Shown here in pieces: positions 62,386-64,000 of a stretch of 64,000 nt of DNA. How positions within the stretch are numbered: the stretch's first letter is position 1; the number at the start of each line of letters is the position of its first letter. A model generated the notes under the pieces. That model was not told the origin of the DNA and did not search any database. It saw nothing but the letters and a program-made list of their open reading frames with translations. The stretch spans positions 224,001 to 288,000 of the forward strand of contig CAVPNL010000004.1 in assembly GCA_963706575.1 (NCBI GenBank). The letters are read 5' to 3'. The position numbers and the translations under genes were made by a program. Source of the stretch: an uncultured delta proteobacterium. GTDB lineage: Bacteria; Desulfobacterota; Desulfobacteria; Desulfobacterales; JAHEIW01.

Positions 62386-63501
62386 CTAAGGTTTGATGGC
62401 CTTGTAGTACTCGGGCCTACCCTTATCCAACTTTATAATGATGACTTCTTTGTCGAGGGGATCTCCATTCTCATCAAAGGATATTATTCCGGTGGCAGCT
62501 TGAAACCCTTTGGTTTCAGCAATGGCGTCCCTGAGTCTATCTCCATTCAATGTAGCCGCGCGGTTTATGGCGGTTGCTAACACTGTGAATGCGTCATATG
62601 CCAACGGAGCGCTCATATTCTTTATTTGCATATCATATTTCTTACGATATATTTTTTTGAGGTGAATGCTTTTGGGAAAAGGAACATCAGGATGCCAGGG
62701 AGCAGAGTGGTAGCTGCCGTCAACCGCTTCTCCGCCATATTTGTATATTTCATCCCAGGCATCACCGCCAAGAAACGTTGCCTTCACCCCCATGGATACA
62801 GCCTGCTTGATTAAGAGTCCACTGTCTCTCGTGTATCCCGGGACATAAACCACGTCGGGCGCAAGCTTTGCTGTTAATTCAAGCACGTCGGAAAAATCGA
62901 CCGCCTTTCCCCTGTAACTTCCATCTAAAAGAATTTTACCGCCGATTCGCTTAAATGCATTCATGAAATACTCGGCAAGCTTTATGCTGTACTCCTCATC
63001 GATGTTTTTCAGAACAACCGCCTTCCGGGCTCCGAGACTGGCGTAAGCAAATCTCGCCATCGCTTGTCCCTGGAATGAGTCGATAAAACAGACGCGGAAA
63101 ATGTAATTTCCAATCTGAGTGACTTTGGGGTTAGTCGAACCCGGTGAAATCATAGGGATCCCCGCTTTTTGGAGGGTGGGTGCCAGGGCAAGGGAATGAG
63201 AACTCCAGTGTGCTCCGATAACGGCTGCGACACCCAGTCGAACTACTTCTTCGGCCGCCAGTTTCGAGCCGATGGGTGTGCTTTTATTATCCAGTGTGAT
63301 TAACCTAACGGGATGTCCAAGCAATCCTCCTTCATTGTTTAATTCCTCGGCAGCCAATTTTACCATCTCTATGAGAGGTGCATTGTGTATTGCCGCAATC
63401 CCAGTTTCGGAAAAAACCGCTCCGATTTTGACCTGCTCGGACGCAAAAGATGAAAAAGAAAGAGCCTCCATCAAACACAACAAGATTATAATTCTTTTCA
63501 T
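62386..63501 (-). CDS. LivJ/LivK-like periplasmic binding protein (paralog)
   Basis: STNPKVT, FRVCFIDSFQG, LAYDA. Confidence 0.92.
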   Translation of the reverse strand: MKRIIILLCLMEALSFSSFASEQVKIGAVFSETGIAAIHNAPLIEMVKLAAEELNNEGGLLGHPVRLITLDNKSTPIGSKLAAEEVVRLGVAAVIGAHWSSHSLALAPTLQKAGIPMISPGSTNPKVTQIGNYIFRVCFIDSFQGQAMARFAYASLGARKAVVLKNIDEEYSIKLAEYFMNAFKRIGGKILLDGSYRGKAVDFSDVLELTAKLAPDVVYVPGYTRDSGLLIKQAVSMGVKATFLGGDAWDEIYKYGGEAVDGSYHSAPWHPDVPFPKSIHLKKIYRKKYDMQIKNMSAPLAYDAFTVLATAINRAATLNGDRLRDAIAETKGFQAATGIISFDENGDPLDKEVIIIKLDKGRPEYYKAIKP

Positions 63502-64000
63502 AATTTTCTCCCTTATATATCTGCCATGAAGAAAATGGTTGACGAAATATTTATTCTTGCTGAAGGCTTAAAGAAGCTTTGGGCTGAATTAGGAGCGCTC
63601 TATGAAGAGGAAGAGGAAGAGGAGGATGCTGTTTTTTCAAATTTGCTACTCAAGATACTGGATCTAATCGAGACGAAGACTGAAAAGGTAATAGCCCTCT
63701 GCCTGTAGCTTAAAATACCAATACAAAATTGTTTATGAGAGGTCAAGAAAAAACAAAATAATGAATGGGACCGAATCGATGGATTTTCATCTAAACGATA
63801 GTATTGCGTATTATCATTATAACATTTTGTCGACTGCCCATTTTTTCATTCGTGCCTGAAGCTGGAATTTGGAGGGATAAAAAATTTGAGGAGTTTGCGG
63901 GTGCGCGGTGCAAATTATTCCTGAATCAAAAGCAACTGGTCACTTCAAGCGGCTATCTTTGCAGCCGCGCCGATTGAAACCAGTGGTTGTAGTCTGCCGC

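Noticed and set aside
63526..63708. 60-aa acidic ORF
   Set aside because: It starts 25 bp from the divergent binding-protein start, has no RBS and is low complexity.

Overview
64 kb of bacterial chromosome, most likely from a sulfate-reducing deltaproteobacterium (Desulfobacterales-like, inferred from a class III cytochrome c, DUF362, DUF3786 and PAS hybrid kinases). I found no rRNA, tRNA, CRISPR array, intact transposase or prophage. The left half holds: a Tat-signal redox cluster (DUF362, membrane polyferredoxin, two Fe-S aldo/keto reductases); a WYL regulator facing a 62-aa orphan across a perfect 7-7-7 palindrome; a two-component system divergent from a vWA-PspA-membrane protein operon; a stand-alone IF2 C-terminal protein; and a minor-pilin cluster ending in a PilX-like/lectin/beta-propeller adhesin. 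The middle holds a PBP, CapA-like and endonuclease I genes, a GT4 and an ectoine-hydrolase-like catabolic group. From about 38 to 56 kb is an accessory patchwork of single genes, several sharing a duplicated promoter-leader or terminator, including a secreted TPR-CHAT protease. The right end holds two LivJ-like binding proteins, a hybrid kinase and a REC-PP2C phosphatase, with no transporter. Intergenic DNA is full of nested small elements: MITEs, REP doublets, 33-42 bp palindromic inserts, inverted tandem repeats and a RAYT remnant. Several single-base frameshifts in homopolymers look like sequencing errors. All calls are from motif recognition by eye; no database searches were run.
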